DNA of 64,000 nucleotides from contig JBNGDF010000001.1 of assembly GCA_049975265.1 (NCBI GenBank), forward strand, positions 96,001-160,000, read 5' to 3'. The notes below the pieces were generated by a model that saw only the letters and a list, made by a program, of their open reading frames with translations, was not told the origin of the DNA and ran no database searches. The translations under genes and the position numbers were made by a program. Numbering within the stretch: the first letter of the stretch is position 1; each line of letters begins with the position of its first letter. Of this stretch, positions 61,477 to 64,000 are shown in pieces. The DNA comes from Fidelibacterota bacterium (GTDB lineage: Bacteria > Fidelibacterota > UBA2242).

Positions 61477-63687
61477 TTATTTCTTTTTGGGCAATATCTT
61501 ATGTTTTCCCGACGAAGATTTGCTCAGAACCTGATACATCTGCCTGGCTGTTTTGCACGCCAGCAGTTTTTTACGACCCTCTTCGTCAAAAGCCTGACTG
61601 ATCATAGACATAAAGTGCATATGCGGTGCCGAGGCACTCTCCGGCGAAAGTGTCAGCACGATGATATTAGCCGGCTTTCCGTCAACGGAATGAAACTCAA
61701 CTCCCTCCCGCTTGATTCCAATTGCGCAGACCAGCCGATCAACGGCGTCACAGCGTCCATGGGGAATGGCGATGCCGTACTGAATGCCGGTTGACATGCT
61801 TGCCTCCCGCTCGAGGACAGTTTTCCGCGCTAACTCACAATCCTTTATCAATCCCTGGCTGTTCAGAATGTGCAGCAGTTCGTCAATGATCTCTTCTTTG
61901 GTGTCACCCTTAAGTGAGGGGCATAATACACCGGGTGTCAGGTACTGAGCCAGATCGCTTCGGATCGGCATTTTGGTCGGGGATTGCTCCTGAATGCGCC
62001 GGACAACGGCGGCGCTGTCGATTGGTTTGCGAAGCGCCTTGACCGTCGTCTCAAATTCGGCGAATACCTCATACATTGCCGTATTGATGTAGGGCACAAT
62101 ACTTTTATCGCAATCAATATTGATGGTATGAAGGTCAACCTCTACACCGATGATCATGTCGTCCTTGCGCAGCTGATAAATCTGGCGGGGCTGGTTCAGG
62201 GTGTGGATGTAGAATCCTTCCAATTCAAACAGGTTGAACAGTTTGCTGGTCATCAGGCTGGCGGTCTGAACATTGGGAAACTGGAAGGAGAGCCGGGTCT
62301 CCTCGGTTTTGCGGATCTGCCGCCGGACGCCGCTCTGGTCGTGCCGGAAAATGGTTACTAGCACAGGCGGTGAAATCAGCGTCGTTATCAGGGTCATCAT
62401 TACGGCGATTCCAAAAAATTCCGGTGGTAACAGACCCGCCGCCAGACCGATGCCGGCGATAATCAACGCCACCTCGCCTCTTGGCAGCATGCCCACCCCG
62501 ATCCGCAGGGCGCCCCGCAGGTTGAAATTGGCAAAAAGGGTCGGTATACCACAGCCGAAAACCTTTGATACAATTGCGCCAAAGGTGTATAAGAGTCCAA
62601 ACAGCAAAACCGTTTTGGAAGCCAGCAGACGGACATCAACCAGCATGCCCATAACGGTGAAAAAGACCGGCACGAGAAAAGAGTAAATCGGTCCCATTTT
62701 TTCCATAATCACATGGTTAATATCGGTTTTTGAGAGGGATAATCCCATAATGTAGGCGCCGATAATCATCGCCAGTCCCGCCTCTTCGAAAAGTCCTGCC
62801 AGGACCAGCGCGAATCCCAATGCCATCATGGCGATGGAGGTGCGGTCATGAAACCATTTCAGCAGGAGACTGATTTTGCGGGAAGCCAGCAGACCGATAA
62901 TTGTAGCCGCCGCCCAGATACCAAAAGCCTTGACTGAAATAATGCCGATATGAGCCCAATCGACATAACCTGATTTTGCCGAAGCGGCGACGATTCCGAG
63001 ACCGATGGCCAGCAGAATGATACCGAGTACGTCATCGATTACCGCGCCCGCCAGGATGGTCACCCCTTCCGGCGAATCGAGTTGGCGTTGCTCTGATAAA
63101 ATCCGGGCGGTGATTCCCACCGATGTGGCGGTGGCTATGATCCCCAGAAACAGGCAGGGAGGCGAAAAAAAGCCCAGCTGGGTTCCGAAGAACCATTTGG
63201 ATAACCAGATCGTGAGCAGGTCACCGATTATAAAGGAGAAAAGGACGCCTCCGATGCCCACAATACCGCCGATGACGGAGTAGCGTAAAAACAGGCGGAA
63301 ATCGGTCTCCAGTCCGATCATGAACAGCAGCACAATGGATGCCACTGTGCTGATTCCGTACAATTCGGGTGATATGGGAAAATTGTTCGAGCTGATTGGA
63401 AATATACCCGCCGGAAAGCCGGGCAGCGGAACCGCGCCGAGTAAAAAGGGTCCGATTAGAATGCCGGCAAACAGTTCACCCAGGACACCGGGCATTTTGA
63501 ATTTTTCGAAAGATATATTGCCCAGGCGCGCTGCAAACAGAATGAGCCCCAGTTGTATGACCAGCATCATCATGCGGTGAGTCATAGTGCCCGGGAGGGC
63601 GGTTTGAGTGGCAGAGAAGAGATAATCCGAAGCCAGGAGTCCGACCATTAATTGCAGGCAACGTTTGGTGAAACGATTTATTTTCAT
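61477..63687 (-). CDS. Cation:proton antiporter (CPA2) fused to a C-terminal PTS EIIA (Fru/Ntr-type) domain
   Basis: VLGEL.AG, LLFMIGLETD, ATSVGIT, AVIDDVLG, PRGEVA; EIIA LEREASMSTG..GIAIPHGR. Confidence 0.9.
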   Translation of the reverse strand: MKINRFTKRCLQLMVGLLASDYLFSATQTALPGTMTHRMMMLVIQLGLILFAARLGNISFEKFKMPGVLGELFAGILIGPFLLGAVPLPGFPAGIFPISSNNFPISPELYGISTVASIVLLFMIGLETDFRLFLRYSVIGGIVGIGGVLFSFIIGDLLTIWLSKWFFGTQLGFFSPPCLFLGIIATATSVGITARILSEQRQLDSPEGVTILAGAVIDDVLGIILLAIGLGIVAASAKSGYVDWAHIGIISVKAFGIWAAATIIGLLASRKISLLLKWFHDRTSIAMMALGFALVLAGLFEEAGLAMIIGAYIMGLSLSKTDINHVIMEKMGPIYSFLVPVFFTVMGMLVDVRLLASKTVLLFGLLYTFGAIVSKVFGCGIPTLFANFNLRGALRIGVGMLPRGEVALIIAGIGLAAGLLPPEFFGIAVMMTLITTLISPPVLVTIFRHDQSGVRRQIRKTEETRLSFQFPNVQTASLMTSKLFNLFELEGFYIHTLNQPRQIYQLRKDDMIIGVEVDLHTINIDCDKSIVPYINTAMYEVFAEFETTVKALRKPIDSAAVVRRIQEQSPTKMPIRSDLAQYLTPGVLCPSLKGDTKEEIIDELLHILNSQGLIKDCELARKTVLEREASMSTGIQYGIAIPHGRCDAVDRLVCAIGIKREGVEFHSVDGKPANIIVLTLSPESASAPHMHFMSMISQAFDEEGRKKLLACKTARQMYQVLSKSSSGKHKILPKKK

Positions 63688-63759
63688 TGATTTGTTACAT
63701 GGTAGCAGCCGCTCGTGCTGTGCGGGATTCGGAACGTGCTACCTGTATGGAGGTGAAAT

Positions 63760-63999
63760 TTACTCATTTTTTAAATTCATATAGCAGGAGCCTTCGAATT
63801 TTGCTCCGTCTTCGATGACTAGTTGTGCCGCTTTGATGTCACCTTTGAGAACGGCTTTTTCGCCCAAAACAACTTTTCCCGCGGCGTTCACATTACCCTG
63901 GATATTGCCGCCGATACTGATGTCCTCGCCGTGCAGATTGCCGCGGATTCGCGCGGTTGGCGATAGCGTGATGGAATTTTTAGTGCTGATGTCCCCTTC
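63760..63999 (-). CDS. Bactofilin (polymer-forming cytoskeletal protein), 5' end outside window; not in the ORF track
   Basis: My translation: EGDISTKNSITLSPTARIRGNLHGEDISIGGNIQGNVNAAGKVVLGEKAVLKGDIKAAQLVIEDGAKFEGSCYMNLKNE*. Confidence 0.88.
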   Translation of the reverse strand, partial: EGDISTKNSITLSPTARIRGNLHGEDISIGGNIQGNVNAAGKVVLGEKAVLKGDIKAAQLVIEDGAKFEGSCYMNLKNE

Positions 64000-64000
64000 C

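Overview
A gene-dense stretch of core bacterial chromosome with about 60 CDSs and no tRNA, rRNA, CRISPR array, transposase, integrase or phage gene that I can support. Gene content suggests an anaerobic FCB-superphylum organism, possibly Marinimicrobia/KSB1/Calditrichota-like. This is an inference from T9SS/FlgD-type C-terminal domains, a DUF6588-like outer-membrane protein, a four-subunit 2-oxoacid:ferredoxin oxidoreductase and a clostridial-type ferredoxin. Recognisable genes include djlA-birA-coaX, ogt, a radical SAM/DUF2344 fusion-rng-rplU-rpmA, namZ, mgtE, korDABC, trxB, an ECF sigma/anti-sigma/DUF4097 operon, phoH, aspS, a CPA2-PTS EIIA fusion and a partial bactofilin. The best candidate for an undescribed system is a 993-aa protein with two divergent GlnE/GlnD-type nucleotidyltransferase modules, starting 10 bp after korC, with no glnA or glnB in the window. 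Other notable items: an Ogt with an N-terminal anti-sigma-type zinc finger; three apparent pseudoenzymes (GH15-like, trehalose-6-phosphate-phosphatase-like, alpha/beta-hydrolase-like); a frameshifted TPR gene; probable CTG and ATT start codons; probable leaderless transcripts; and structured 5' leaders. All family calls come from motifs recognised by eye; no database searches were run.
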